Notes under the pieces: model-generated
The model's input: the letters and a program-made list of their open reading frames with translations, nothing else
The model's database searches: none
What the model was told of the DNA's origin: nothing
Part shown: positions 1 through 15,303 of the stretch, piece by piece
Position numbering within the stretch: position 1 is the stretch's first letter
Layout: the number at the start of each line of letters is the position of its first letter
Source: Eledone cirrhosa
Taxonomy: Eukaryota
Length of the DNA stretch: 64,000 nt
Assembly (NCBI GenBank): GCA_964016885.1
Contig: OZ024740.1
Span: 96,844,001-96,908,000, forward strand
Direction of reading: 5' to 3'
Translations under genes and position numbers: made by a program

Positions 1-1656
1 GCTAAATAGCAATGAACCCCGATTTATAACTAGGAAATAGCCTTCAATAAACCCTGGATATAAACCTTTGAAGAGATAGCACAGCTTACCGCAATAATAG
101 AAATGTGAGTACAAAGACGTGTGTCTGAAAATGAAGAGATCTTCAATTTCGCGCTACTCCGAGGTTTTATATATGCATATGCATGTGACTCTTACTGAGA
201 CTAAATAGCAGGCTTTCATGGATCCCTCCTCCAAGTTTTCAATATATCTGTAGTCATGTCGAACTTCCTCCAAACTAACTTTTTCCCAGATACATGACGG
301 ATCTCAGCATTTTCTCTTTTTTCCCTATTTTCCTATTCTCTTTTTTTTCGTTCTTTTTCTTCTCTCTTCAAAACATGGTTTCTATTCTCTGAATTTATTT
401 TCCGCTGAAGGACTAGCGTCCGAAACGATAAGATGTTTTTGTAAATTCCTATAACCCTTTATAATGTTGTTCTTTGGTACTTTTTTTCTTGTCTCTTTTA
501 AAATGTATGTGTGTATGTGTGCGTGTGTGTGCGTGTGTTTGTGTATGCGCGTGTGCGCTGGTGTGTGTTTTCGTTTGTGTGATCGTGTGTTTGAGTCTAT
601 TTATGTAGGTATGTGTATTACGACCACTACTTAGCTAACTGCATTCGAACATACGAAGATATGCTGACATCTGCGTATGATTTCCTTTCGTTTTCCTGCA
701 GGGTTTTTTATTGTTATTTTGTATTCTTCTTTCATTCCCCTCTATTCCCCATTGCTAATCTGTTCGCTCTACCATATCTCTATTGTTGATATATCAGTCA
801 CTTCTAAGTATACTTTTCTTATAATTCTAGCCTATTATTTCCTACTATATGGGGATTTGTTTGTTTTGATTTTCGTGATTCCGTTATATTTTTCTCGTGT
901 TTTTCTCATTAACATTTAAGACGTGTAAGTTGAAATAACTTATCTGAACCACCAGGGAGTTGAGCACCTTAACGGGAATGAATACAAGTTATTACTTATT
1001 CAAAGCATATTTCAAAAGAAAAAAAATAACAAGACTAAATAAAGTAATGTATGATTTGATCAAATGGTTTTATAAAAATATATATGTATAAATTACTGAT
1101 TGTACAAACATATCGTAATTCCAAATGTAGGTGTATACTCAACCATAATAAAATTACATTAAGTTTATCATGTCACAGATATCTTATCACCAGTTGATGC
1201 TTTGTACAGCCGCTACTCTTCGTCAGAGACCAGTAATTTTCGTGCAGCTGCTGAGGAATAAAAGACTTCTTACAAAACGTGAACAATTCATTTGGAGTGT
1301 ATGCTTATTTACTTAGGGTCCTAGCTTAACAAGCTAATTTTAATTAGCAATAACATGATTCGAAAACACAACAGCATTCAGAATCAAGGCGTGAATTGTT
1401 AATTAAAACTAGCCAGCCAAGAATTGTATTTAAAGAAGCATTCACCTTGAATAGTTTATTTTAAAACCTATCTGAAACTCAGTAAACGAGTGCTGACGGA
1501 CTGCAGTCGAATGTCTATTACACATCAACCTGATTTCCATGGATTCATATACGCTTTAAACAGAATTATATTCTCAATCACTATGACGAGAGTTATTCGT
1601 ATTACACGCAAACATATATGTACACACACGAACACACACAGTTATTTATATACATA

Positions 1657-1757
<101 letters not shown>

Positions 1758-2159
1758 GTATGTGCGTTAGTGTGTGCATGTGTGTGTATCTGTGTCTGTG
1801 CGATTGTTTGTGAGGTGTTTGTGTATTTGTGTGCGTTTATGTACTCCTGTCTGTTTTTATTACCGAGTCTCCATGTTTATTTCCCACGGGAGAGTGGCTT
1901 TACGGAAACTAGATCAATGGAATGCATAACAGATTTGAGAAAATAAGGGCCTGAGTCGATATGATCGAATAAATCAACCCAATGCCCAATAATGGCCACA
2001 GAATACGCATGTATTCGTAATTTGTAAAACCGACAATTATTACTGCTGGTTCAATATCTTTAAATGGACAGCATGTTCTTGTTAAGCTTCTTTTTACAAT
2101 GCTTCGAAATATATATATACATGCGCTAGCAAATATTTCTTCGGAATCAATTGATAAGC

Positions 2160-3420
2160 ATTATGTTTCCCCTCGGAGATTTGTAACACATGAATTCATT
2201 TGTGCGCGAAACGACGAAATGAAATTAGAAGATATTTAATCTCAGGACACTGTTCAAACCGAACTTCCTTATCGGAAAACGAACAGGTAATTATTAATTA
2301 TGCAGATGTGCGGATCTTATTGATGGCTTTAACTATATTGGTTTAGGCGGTATCACACTGGTTTAACGTGCAATTTGTCACAAGTAGCTACTCTGCTGTG
2401 CTTATAGTATGTTGTTCCTAGTGACTATGAATATATGATGGAGATTTTACTGCACATTCTATCGGCTACAGCGACTAGGTAGAGCAACCTTTCTTGATTT
2501 CTAATTATAATGAATTACTGTATTTGGCGTTCAGTCGTGAGTTACACAGTATAAATGATGTAACAATCAAAGTAAAATTTAGTTTATAACAAAGCTACGA
2601 CATCTGTAACTACAGATTTTTTTAATCCATATAGGATTGGCTAATATACAATTTTAACATCGCAAAACACTTTGCGTAGGCAAGAAACAATTACAACTCG
2701 TCAATTTTACGTCCAGTAGTGCTTGTATATAGCTAAGCAGACAGAACCATTTGAGATATAGGTATGTTGAACAAAGACAAAATATATCTTCCTCATTGTA
2801 TATCAATACTTACTTGAATCTTGCTATCTAAAATCTCTTTTCATTTCCATATGCAGAAAGAAAATAACAGTTAAATAAATGGACAAATACTTAATGACAA
2901 AAACAAAGACAGAACATTTTTTTTATTATTCGGCAATTTTCGACATTTTTTTGGAAATAATCAAAACACTATCATACTTTCACTATAAAATACTTGCTAT
3001 TTCATATTTGCAGACTTTTTTCTATGTAGGATATCTACCACTGATATGATTTAAATTGGCATAAATTCAGTGTTGATGTTGCTGTTGAAATCATCATATT
3101 AGTGCATATGAAGGCGTGTGAAATAATGGGAACCCACTTAATTTCTTGGTCGACTTAATTCATTTTAATGACACCGACTTATATTTTCTATGACAAACAC
3201 ATATTCTTATAACTAAATTAATTAAGGAATTAACATTTATTGGATCGTGAACGTATTCAATAATGAAGGGATTAACATACGGACGTTTATGCAGTGAAGA
3301 ATGTCATAAAGAAAGGAAGTATTTAAATGGAAACTGTGTAAATGTCTCGTCGTTGGATTTTAATGTCGCGATAGAAATTATGTTGTATCCTTTGGATGGT
3401 ATTTCGGTCTTTTAATAATA
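2160..3420 (+). pseudogene. Possible heavily decayed Cys-rich ectodomain gene (adhesion/Methuselah-like GPCR type)
   Basis: Fragments YLISGHCSNRT..LCRCAD..GGITLV*RAICH and RLCSEECHKERKYLNGNCVNV, with many stops. Confidence 0.22.
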
Positions 3421-6400
3421 TGACAAAAAAGGAGGCAATCCATATAGATTGAATTAGAATTAAGAAAAGCATTTCATTCCACAGCTAAAATAGGAATCAT
3501 ATTCCGGTGCTAACGTCCAGAAAATGACAGAGATTTGTATAAAGCCATTACTGAGACTACAAAATACCACGATATACAATTAGAGGCAACATTCACAGAA
3601 TATTTCTATATATTCTCAAGAACTAAATAAACAGAAATAATACGGAAAAACCATCAGATCTTTCAGGATATGTTCGAATGATGCTACACATATTTTCTCC
3701 GTTTAAAACTAAATCACGAGCACGTCATTAATTTGGAACCAATCAGCATGAAATCTTTAGAAGAGACATTAGAATGTTCGTTGCGGTGGTCACGTTATCT
3801 AGCCTGGTTGTGATGCTAAATTACTATAACGTTCGTAGTTTCTTCGTTTGCAACATTAAGTATAGATGTCATGATCATCATTGATAACAGGATGTATAGT
3901 ATAAATTTCATATCCCCCACCCAAATCTTGTTCTACCACCTTATAATAGATTATACTGTTTGATATGTTTCCGTGTGCATGTCAATGGGAAATACACTAT
4001 AATGTCATTGTTTAACGCTTTTGCTCACATATCTACTCAAGCAAGGCTGATCGAGCTTTCACACGATCTGCTAAATATAGCAGACCAATATACGTTACCA
4101 TTTGAATAATAACATACTTCTAGATACCTTCAAATCATGATTGCAATAATTGTCATCAGATGTTTCCTTAGTCAACATTTACTTATGTCTAAACAACAAC
4201 AATATTGGTGTTTGTGTGGTCTCGAGATTGTATGCCATTGTCATTTTTTGTTTCACAAAATAACATGAGATTTATGATGTTCTATCTGGTCGTCTGTCTG
4301 TATGATATTTTCCCAAGGTAATTCCACGTCAAGCGCAACAACGGTATTTTAAAACTGCTACATCAAGCATATCCTTCAGATCGGATTTTTCTTCCAGGTA
4401 AAAGACTCTTTATTCAATTTTGCATTGGACGTGCTATAATAGAGAGCATCGAAAACATAGAATAGTTTTGAGACTAGATTCCGAATCAAAGTCCTTGGTG
4501 TGGAAGTCACTTTTCGAAACCTCTGTTTCTTGAATTTTAGCAATTTTAGAAAAAATATTAATTTTTAATACAACTACTAATTTTCGAAGATTTTATACTT
4601 TCAGGAATTTTTCCTTGATCAAACACATTTAACAATCAATAATATTATTTTGAGATAAGAAAAAACGCATCTGTTCTTATAATCAACTGAATTAAAGCTT
4701 TCGAGAATTTCTTTAATGAGTTCAGTAATTCAGAATTGGAATTGTCAGAGCTAATTGAAACATACTTTACGTGTCTTTTTTTAATCAAAAGATTTTTGTT
4801 TTTTTTTTATATTTTACTCACGTCATTTTTCCTCACAAATTCGTTCTTAATGCTAATGAAAGTTAGCTCACTCAATCTCCTCTGATCTCCTGTGTCAATG
4901 TGCTCCTCAAGAAGCACCTCATAAGTTTTATTTTGATGAAATATTATTATAACAATGCAGAATATCGCAACACCTTATCTGAAATATATAATATAACTGT
5001 TTAAAAGTGCATGTGGTCTCAGATGTTTGGCAAATGTTGATGACTGAATTGTCATATGATTCTCAATTTGATTATTCTAGTATAGATTCTACTATATTTT
5101 CTGAGTAATTTTCAATAATTTCGGTGTTGTTCGTTTGAGTTCTATCACGCTTCGAGACTGCCACAATCTGAAAAATAACTATTAACGTTGACTGCAGGGT
5201 CAAACTATTGTACAAACCATCGAATCAATGACACTAAAAAGAAGAGACCATTTAAAATCACATTCAGACACAGCAAAGCTACTGTGAAATTATTTTCGAA
5301 ACTTTTCATCTAGTTCATCATTGAGCTCAATAAAGTTATGACTTGCTCTATTTTTAAGTTTATGTTGATAGGAGATGGAGTTTAATTTGGATTTCCTACG
5401 GAACCAATTTACCTTCATTTCCAACGTAGATCTTTATGATCGTTCAAAAGTGACTCTAGATTTGAGATATTTCCGCCGAATATTGCATTTTTTGCGTAGA
5501 TGGTCGGATTTCAAAAGCTAAACTGGATGATAATCTTCTGCCTCATCGATGTTATAAGAAGGAAAATACATCATGACACATATATGTTTACACCCTTGAT
5601 TCCATTAACGATTTTTGGCGTATGATTGAGAGGCAGATTCTTCTCTGCAAGATAATCTGGAAAAGCTATAAACACATCACGGTTTACCTATCAAATACCT
5701 GAAATATCATAGGTGACTTCACCCACGGAATAGTAGCCAATAAGCCCAGCGCTAACTAATTGTCGATAGCAATTATTAAACATTATCACTACTCCAAAAT
5801 TTAACTGACCCCCAGCAACATACTGCAGAATCTACTCTGAATAGGATTATTGAACGACAAGCAAATGGAATTATCAACATATATGTGCTGTTGGATAATA
5901 GTGTTATCTCCAAACACGTGGGTAGTTTTATTAAAATGATATCAACGAAAGCATTTGTTGAGGTATCCCAAAATGATTGAGTCTATCCAGAATCACTCGA
6001 CAACAATTTTCAAAAATCGATCTGTAACTGCAAATTCTATCATTATTGGCCAAATAGCAGCTGATGATCGCTGTTAGCTCTAAATGACTAGACTCCTTCT
6101 TTGCAACAGCGAATATTGAATATGTTTAATTCTACTATCTTCCAAATATGAATCCGATAATAATCTACATAACTACAGACGAATTATATTGTTGATGATA
6201 CGATTTTAAACTTTAATATTTTTCATCAATTACTGTATCATAATTTTCAATGAATTTCATATTCCGCAAGAAGTCCACATTCAGATTGTTACCAATTCAC
6301 TAGGATACGCTACGAAAGCCAAATGTCTCAGAAATCTCCCTACATCAAAATATATTTCACTATTTTGCAGGTTCAATCAGGACACGTTTAGGTGTTGCAT

Positions 6401-9400
6401 ACATTTTACTATTAATCTCTACAATTCTCGCTAAATCACGCTATGCACGTTATGCGTGATAAAACTTCGTGTGTGCTTTACTGCCTTTATGTTCAGGTCC
6501 TCTGTTTAAGTGCATTCGTTATTTCTCTTCTGCACTCAATCTTTGTTTCTATGACTCGATCGGCAACTTTTACAGCATACTGCATGAGTTTGCATTCTTC
6601 ATTTGGTTCTCTTATTTTGAGATGGGATAGTGTACGCTAATGATTGAATCATTACACCTAACACATTGATCAATTAATATCACAGACGTCTGCGCAGCCT
6701 GGAGTCAAATGCATAGCATGATGTATCAACTGGATAATATCAACAGCTGGTGAACCCTTAAAAACAGTTGCTATATGCAACTATTGAGTGATGCAAGGAT
6801 GTTAACACGGATATGATGCATATCCATACACACACACACACACACACATACACACATACACACACATACACACACACACACGTGTGCACACACAGAGATC
6901 TGTGTACTAGTTTAAAGCTGTATATTGTGGGAAAAACCGTTTTGTTAGAGTGGAGCATAAATGTTTCTATATCTTTATTCGTACATTTTGGAAGTAGTTT
7001 CTAATACCTGAGCTGAATTCACGATGGTCAGTCTTAGGGTAATCTAAAATAAATAGATTCGTCTGTGTGTTTACATGTCTGCTGATGTTAAACATTAATA
7101 TTATTAAAGGCTTGTGGTGTGATCTATATGTCAGAGCGTCAAACAAAAGTTTAAAATATAAGTATATTTTAGACACTATTTATCCTTTGTTAAACTATCA
7201 TAACAAATGGGATAGTCATGCATTTGAGAAATGACATCGTTTCGTTTGTAATACCCAATTGTGTCCTCTTAAAATAAATTATAAACATTGTGTGGATATT
7301 GTTGTTCTTTAGAACTACGTCAGGCTCGGTGTAGATTTGTTTTATTAGTCATTTTTGTATTGAGCCATTCTAACTATATGATGTTAGTGTCTGAAACTGT
7401 AAGCAGGTTATTTCATGTCTCTCAGTTGAAACAAAAAGATATATACACAACGGCTGATGGACAAATTTCAATGAACTGAAATCTCGAACAGGGGGAGATT
7501 TGCATTCTCATTCCCTTAACGCATATGAGATCGAGTTAAGCTCCAGGCTTATACGTCTCTATGCGCGAGAGAAGCCATAACTATTAATATTTTAAACTAA
7601 CAATATTACTCATCGTGTCCCTTTTCTGGAGATATGATGTTATTTGAGTAAGATTCGCTTCCTATTTCTAGTAGGGTGTGTGATTATGCAGAAGCACCCT
7701 CATAGTCTCGCATTGGAAATCTTTGTTTCAGTTTGTTGCATCTTGCTTCTATGTGTATTTCTGCCATATCATTACAATGCTTGTTTGCATTACATCACAA
7801 AGCATTCAATCCAGAAGAAATAGTGTTTGTGAATTGTTATTTGAACGAATGCATATCACTGGATAATAAATCAGAAAGGTATTCAAACGACCTAGTCAAA
7901 TTTCGTTTTACTAGACGGAAATATCATTCACATTTATTTTTATTAGATAATGCAACATTGATGCAATATGAAATCGCTCAATGCAATGATTTCAATAAAT
8001 GTACTGCATATCGAAATAACAGATAATCATAAATGTTGCAATCTTGCAATAAACTTGTAACACTTAGTGTAAAATATTTAGCGTGTACATTTTCAGATCC
8101 ATCATGTTCATATATATATATTTACGTGTGTGTGTGTGTATGTGCGTGTGTATGTGTATAAACATGTATATGTATGTGTGTACATTTTGAGAAGAAATTA
8201 AATATAAACATATTGCAGCAGTCCATCATTTTACGATCATTTCAAAGGGCAACATTTTGTGTTTTGTGTAATATCTGTTATATTATATACAATGCAGTCA
8301 TATATCATCACACACGTTTGAGAGTGCAGACCTGCGCACTTGCTCATAATGCTCTACTCATGCATGCATAAACTTACATCTACAGACACCGACACACGAA
8401 CCCACACATATACATACATGCGTACATACAGACACATACATATATATAGATAGAGAGAGAAGGAGAGAGAGATAAAAACCGGACTGTGGTACTGAACGTT
8501 TTCGGCAAGCCTTATTAATGATCTTCCCGGTCTCAACACTGCATTCTCTTTATCTCCCACTCCACACGCGCACCCACACCCTCAACACGCACACACATTC
8601 AAGTACATATATACACTCACTCACACTATTCACACACCCTACTACCACCATTAACCCTACCCACACATCCACATCCGACCACCCCACCACTAATAATACT
8701 AAATATCCCCCAAGACACCATCCCCCTCACCACAAATGCGAACACACACATCAGCACACATACACTCACCCACGCACACCCACGCACACACCGATACATC
8801 ACCCAATCCACACCCAAACTACCATCACTAACCCCCCCACACACACACTACTAATAATACTAACACCCACCCTACCACACACACACACACACACATTCAT
8901 AACCAAACACCTACAAATACACCAGTACATTACACTCACTCCTACTGTCCCCCAACACCTGTCTCCCCCGCACTACCAACATCCCCCCACACACACACAT
9001 CCCACTAACACCTCAAGTAATATACACACAAACGCCCACACACACCGCCACCCTCTCCCTCAACCTTTCACACCCCTCCCCTGTCCATCGCACCTCCGCA
9101 CACACATACACATATTCCACACACACATACAGACCATCCATAACACCCGTCCGTCTGCATTCATCCCTACCACTACCTGTCTTCACGCTCCTACTGCTAT
9201 ATCCTCAATCCCGCATCATTGGCCCTGTCTTGGCCCTCTTGACCACTTTCACGCGCACGCGCACCCCACAACTCTCTACTTCCTCCGCAACATTCAAAGG
9301 ATTATACGCCACTTGTTACACCGCTCCAGTCATCCACCCAATTATACGCGGATTTTTCACCATCTTTTCCTATACTCCGCGGGAAAACATTCAGGAACAC

Positions 9401-9508
9401 ACACACACAGAAACGCTTACACTGTTTTCGCACACACGCAACCATACATCCACAACCCATACACCACCCCCTCAAAACCTTCGAACTGTTTTCCTACCCA
9501 CTTTTCAC

Positions 9509-9565
9509 CTGATGAAGGGCTTATGCACGAAACATCATCCCCCACCCCCCACTCTCAAGCGTGAA
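9509..9565 (+). ncRNA. Degenerate hammerhead motif
   Basis: CTGATGA-AGGGCTTATGCAC-GAAAC, with TTCAC/GTGAA as a possible stem I. Stem III is decayed. Confidence 0.4.
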
Positions 9566-9625
9566 CCTAATACCAAAACTTTGTACTGCATTCTTCGTTA
9601 TTGTTTTTGTTTTCTGTTTCATACA

Positions 9626-10753
<1,128 letters not shown>

Positions 10754-10844
10754 CGAAGGAAATGTGGTAAGGAACCAGGTGGACCATAACGCACCAAAGT
10801 ACTCAATACTTGAGGTAGTAGAGTGGGTAATAGGAACCAGTAAG

Positions 10845-10938
10845 ACCCCGACAGCTGAGCTCAAGCCGTTTCGACGACTAATTCTGGACTAAATGAAAAT
10901 TTATCCTGGTATTTAAATAGCCGATCTTCTCAAGGGGT
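10845..10938 (-). ncRNA. Mirror copy of the PLE-1 U3-A8 hammerhead
   Basis: Reverse complement of 15063-15156 within the inverted arm. Confidence 0.72.
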
Positions 10939-12105
10939 AATTCCATATATGGTCAAAGTGATTGTCAAAAATCAGTAGTAATTCTGTGGTTGCAAATTAG
11001 TAGGGGAGATGGTGGCTAAACCTGCCAGTAGGAGAAAGAGGGGAGGGGGTGGAGTAGCCCCAATCAAGCGTTTGTAGTGACAGCTACAGCTGGGCATGAG
11101 GTCAAAGAAGATACAGGGGAGGCGGAGGGGGAGGAAGTTGGAACGGTAGGTAGAACAATGGGGGTAGAAATATATAGGAAAGAAAAAATACTGAGAGTGA
11201 AGAAAAGCAAATAAGTGTAAAGAAAAACAAATGAGTGTAAAGAAAAAAGTAAAGTAAATTAAATTCTACGACCTAGGTCTCTAGCTATTGTTAGTCTAGA
11301 ATAAATAAATAAATAAAGAAAGAAAGAAAGAAGTAAAGAAATAAATAAAGAAATAACGAAATAAGTAAAAGAACTAGGTGGGACGAATTAGGCAAAGACC
11401 CTTTTAAGAGGTATAAGTACGTAAATGATACGGTGACGGGTCAACAAAAGGGGCCAAAATACTAAAGAGACTACCACGAAATAAACAATAAAGGTTTCCA
11501 TCCCGGGCACAATTCCAGCAACCACCCAGTGCAGCAAAGTGAACTAATACGAGATAATAATTCTGAGTCCCGAGAAAAATATATACTAATGCTAACTCTA
11601 AAAGATCTAAAACAAGCTACATGAAAGTTCGTACGAAGTAAAGGTAGAATACGGAAGAATAAATTCAGAATACACCCCGCCCAAAAGAAAAGCGAAGAAA
11701 GAAATACTGAAACAAAAAAATAAGGCATAAGTGCCACTAAGAAATATAGAGGGCACAGAGAATAGTGGGAGCGGTCGGAAAAAGGGGACAAGTATCCGGG
11801 GTCTAAACCAACTGCTATAAAGGGCTGAGTCCGCCAAATCTATCCTAGACTAGGGGAGGGGGTGGGGGTACTAAGGCTACAAGGGGCCAAAGGGCAGCCT
11901 CGGGTGGGCGAGAAAAGACGCCGACAAAGGAGAAGAGCTGGGGTAAAAGGACTAAGGAGAGAGGGGGAAGGAAGGAAATAAAGGAAGCGATAAAAGAATA
12001 CAAAGAAGATCTTACGTCTCCCTTGGCAAGCAGGGGTTACCCATTGCAAAATCGGCAAGTGGGGTTTTATAGCCCTAGTCTACCCCCCCGGGTCATTATG
12101 ACATC

Positions 12106-13935
12106 ATGGTGCATTCGGATAAAACTGGGAACCTATACTTTGTCAACCCTGACAGATACCACACACTGATCAGGAGCAGCCTAAACTCCACCTATAAAAA
12201 GGCCAACCACTCTTGCATCGAGGACATAAATCGAGAGGGACAACAAATCACCTCCAGCCTCGGGGTCGCCGACCGCACGGAACCTCTAGACCCACGGACA
12301 CCATACTTCACACTGAAGGACAATAAATCCGATTTTGACCGTAAACCCTCTATCGGGCTTATTAACCCAACGAAGTCCGACATAGGGAGAATCAGCAAAA
12401 AAATCCTAGACCGCGTGATACCAAAAGTCAAGCAACACACCCGACTTAGCCTATGGATCAACACCCAGGAAGTAATCTCCTGGTTCAGCAATATGGAGGA
12501 TAAACGAGAAACTAAATTCATACAGTTCGACATAGAGAGCTACTATGCTTCAATCACCTTACCGCTACTTACTGCCGCCTTGGACTTCGCCGAAACACTT
12601 GTGCCCATCACCGACCAGGAAAGAAAAATCATCCTCCACGCCAGGAAGACAGTCTTACTCTTTGACGACTCTAAATGGATAAAAAGAGCTCCCGACTCAC
12701 CCTTCGACGTCAGCATGGGCGCCACGGATTCGGCGGAGGTCACAGATCTTATAGGATTATTCCTAATAGCCAAACTCACTGATATGTTTCCTGCATTCGG
12801 TGGTGGATTGTACCGTGATGACGGGCTCCTTACCCTTAAAGGGTACAACCCCAGTAGTACAGATCGGGTCCGGAAACAATTAATCAGATTCTTCCACGAC
12901 TGGGGATTTAAAATAACCCTACAAACGTCCCTGACCAGAGTAAACTTCCTGGACGTGACCCTCGACCTCGAAAACGACCTGTACTACCCATACAGGAAAC
13001 CTAATGACAATCTGTACTACATCCACCGCCGATCAAACCATCCTAGGAACATCACAAACAACCTGGTCAAAAACATCTCCCTCTGCATATCCCGTTTGTC
13101 AGCTAATGAGCGGATATTCGATGAACATGCGCCTTATTAGAACCAGGCCCTCAGGCGGAGTGGTTTCCGGGAGGAAATATCCTACTGTCCAGCTCCCATT
13201 AGCGGAACCAGCAGGAGACACCGACGCTCACGCAATGTAACATGGTTCAATCCACCCCACAACGCAGAGGTGACAACTCCCATCGGGAAACTATTCTTTA
13301 GGCTCATTGAAAAACACTTCCCATTACAATACCGCTACCACAATATAATTAACAAAAATACCACCAAACTCTCTTACAGCACTACACCAAACTTCACACA
13401 AAACATCGTCTCCTCTAACAACAAAAAACTCAACCCCGATGGCAGAAATAACCTAAATAGCAGTGGAGAACCGACCAGGAGGTGTAACTGCCCGGATAGA
13501 TCTATTTGCCCACTCGACAATAGATGCAGAGACCGTAATGTGATCTACCAGTGCAACGTGAGGACGGATACCTCCAACAGAGCCTATATAGGACTTACCG
13601 CATGTGACTTCAAGACCCGGCTATACCAACATAGACATACCTTCCGAAACCCGGCCCGGCGTCACGCCACTACACTTTCGGGCCACATATGGGACCTCAA
13701 GGACAACAACATCACCTATGATCTCACTTGGAGATTACTGTCCAGAGCCAATTCTTACACGGGAGGACGCCGTCCGTGCAATTTATGCTCGGAGGAAACT
13801 TTACAAATGCTGTTTTCGACGGACCAACTCCTAAACAAGAAAGATGAACTGGTTACTGCATGTAAACATTGATTGCGTAGGACTTACCGCGCCCTCAAAC
13901 CTCATAATGACCCGGGGGGTAGACTAGGGCTATAA
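12106..13935 (+). pseudogene. PLE reverse transcriptase + GIY-YIG endonuclease, N-terminally truncated, two in-frame stops
   Basis: Motifs SDKTGN, QFDIESYY, FDVSMGATDSAEV, GLYRDDGL, VNFLDVTL, WFNPP, CNCPDRSICPLDNRC and VIY..YIGLTACDFKTRLYQH. ORFs 12106-13140 and 13270-13872 are in one frame, interrupted by TAG (13138) and TGA (13870), with the next stop TAA at 13933. Confidence 0.93.
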
Positions 13936-15062
13936 CACCCCACTTGCCGATTTTGCAATGGGTAACCCCTGCTTGCCAAGGGAGACGTAAGATCTCCTTT
14001 GTATTCTTTTATCGTTTCCTTTATTTCCTTCCTTCCCCCCTCTCTCCTTAGTCCTTTTACCCCAGCTCTTCTCCTTTGTCGGCGTCTTTTCTCGCCCACC
14101 CGAGGCTGCCCTTTGGCCCCTTGTAGCCGTAGTACCCCCACCCCCTCCCCTAGTCTAGGATTGATTTGGCGGACTCAGCCCTTTATAGCAGTTGGTTTAG
14201 ACCCCGGATACTTGTCCCCTTTTTTCCGACCGCTCCCACTATTCTTTGTGCCCTCTATATTTCTTAGTGGCACTTATGCCTTATTTCTTCGTTTCAGTAT
14301 TTCTTTCTTCGCTTTTCTTTTGGGCAGGGAGGATTCTGAATTTATTCTTCCGTATTCTACCCTTACTTCGTACGAACTTTCATGTAGCTTGTTTTAGATC
14401 TTTTAGAGTTAGCATTAGTATATATTTTTCTCGGGACTCAGAATTATTATCTCGTATTAGTTCACTTTGCTGCACTGGGTGGTTGCTGGAATTGTGCCCG
14501 GGATGGAAACCTTTATTGTTTATTTCGTGGTAGTCTCTTTAGTATTTTGGCCCCTTTTGTTGACCCGTCACCGTATCATTTACGTACTTATACCTCTTAA
14601 AAGGGTCCTCGCCTATCTCGTCCCACCTAGTTCTTTTACTTGTTTCGTTATTTCTTTATTTCTTTCTTTACTTCTTTCTTTCTTTATTTATTTATTTATT
14701 CTAGACTAACAATAGCTAGAGACCTAGGTCGTAGAATTTAATTTACTTTACTTTTTTCTTTACACTCATTTGTTTTTCTATACACTTATTTGCTTTTCTT
14801 CACTCTCAGTATTTTTTCTTTCCTATATATTTCTACCCCCCATTGTTCTACCTACCGTTCCGACTTCCTCCCCCTCCCCCTCCCCTGTATCTTCTTTGAC
14901 CTCATGCCCAGCTGTAGCTGGCACTACAAACGCTTGATTGGGGCTACTCCACCCCCTCCCCTCTTTCTCCTACTGGCAGGTTTAGCCACCATCTCCCCTA
15001 CTAATTTGCAACCACAGAATTACTACTGATTTTTGACAATCACTTTGACCATATATGGAATT

Positions 15063-15156
15063 ACCCCTTGAGAAGATCGGCTATTTAAATACCAGGATAA
15101 ATTTTCGTTTAGTCCAGAATTAGCCGTCGAAACGGCTTGAGCTCAGCTGTCGGGGT
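15063..15156 (+). ncRNA. Type I hammerhead ribozyme, U3-A8 core variant, in the PLE-1 3' end
   Basis: ACCCC-TTGAGAA-GA(T)CGGCTA..TAGCCGTC-GAAA-CGGC-TTGAGCTCA-GCTGTC^GGGGT. Stems I, II and III all pair and the triplet is GUC. Confidence 0.75.
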
Positions 15157-15166
15157 CTTACTGGTT

Positions 15167-15219
<53 letters not shown>

Positions 15220-15244
15220 ATATATATATATATATATTTATATG

Positions 15245-15303
<59 letters not shown>

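Noticed and set aside
405-427. CTGAAGGACTAGCGTCCGAAACG hammerhead-like motif
   Set aside because: The core lacks G8-A9 and there is no stem I/III. A remnant at best.
1188-1233. CTGACGA motif on the minus strand
   Set aside because: GAAA and stems are not recoverable.
8518-9564. 348-aa His/Thr/Pro-rich ORF
   Set aside because: CA-rich low-complexity sequence that avoids stops, with no domain motif. Probably a retroelement UTR, as it ends in a hammerhead remnant.
13870-13872. In-frame TGA as selenocysteine, as known for some Naiad PLEs
   Set aside because: It follows CKH at a non-Cys position, so CGA-to-TGA decay is likelier. All linker cysteines are TGY, and I recognised no SECIS.
13999-14709. 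Hydrophobic ORFs in the PLE-1 3' region and their mirror ORFs at 11471-12058
   Set aside because: T-rich UTR with non-ATG starts. The frame differs between arms.
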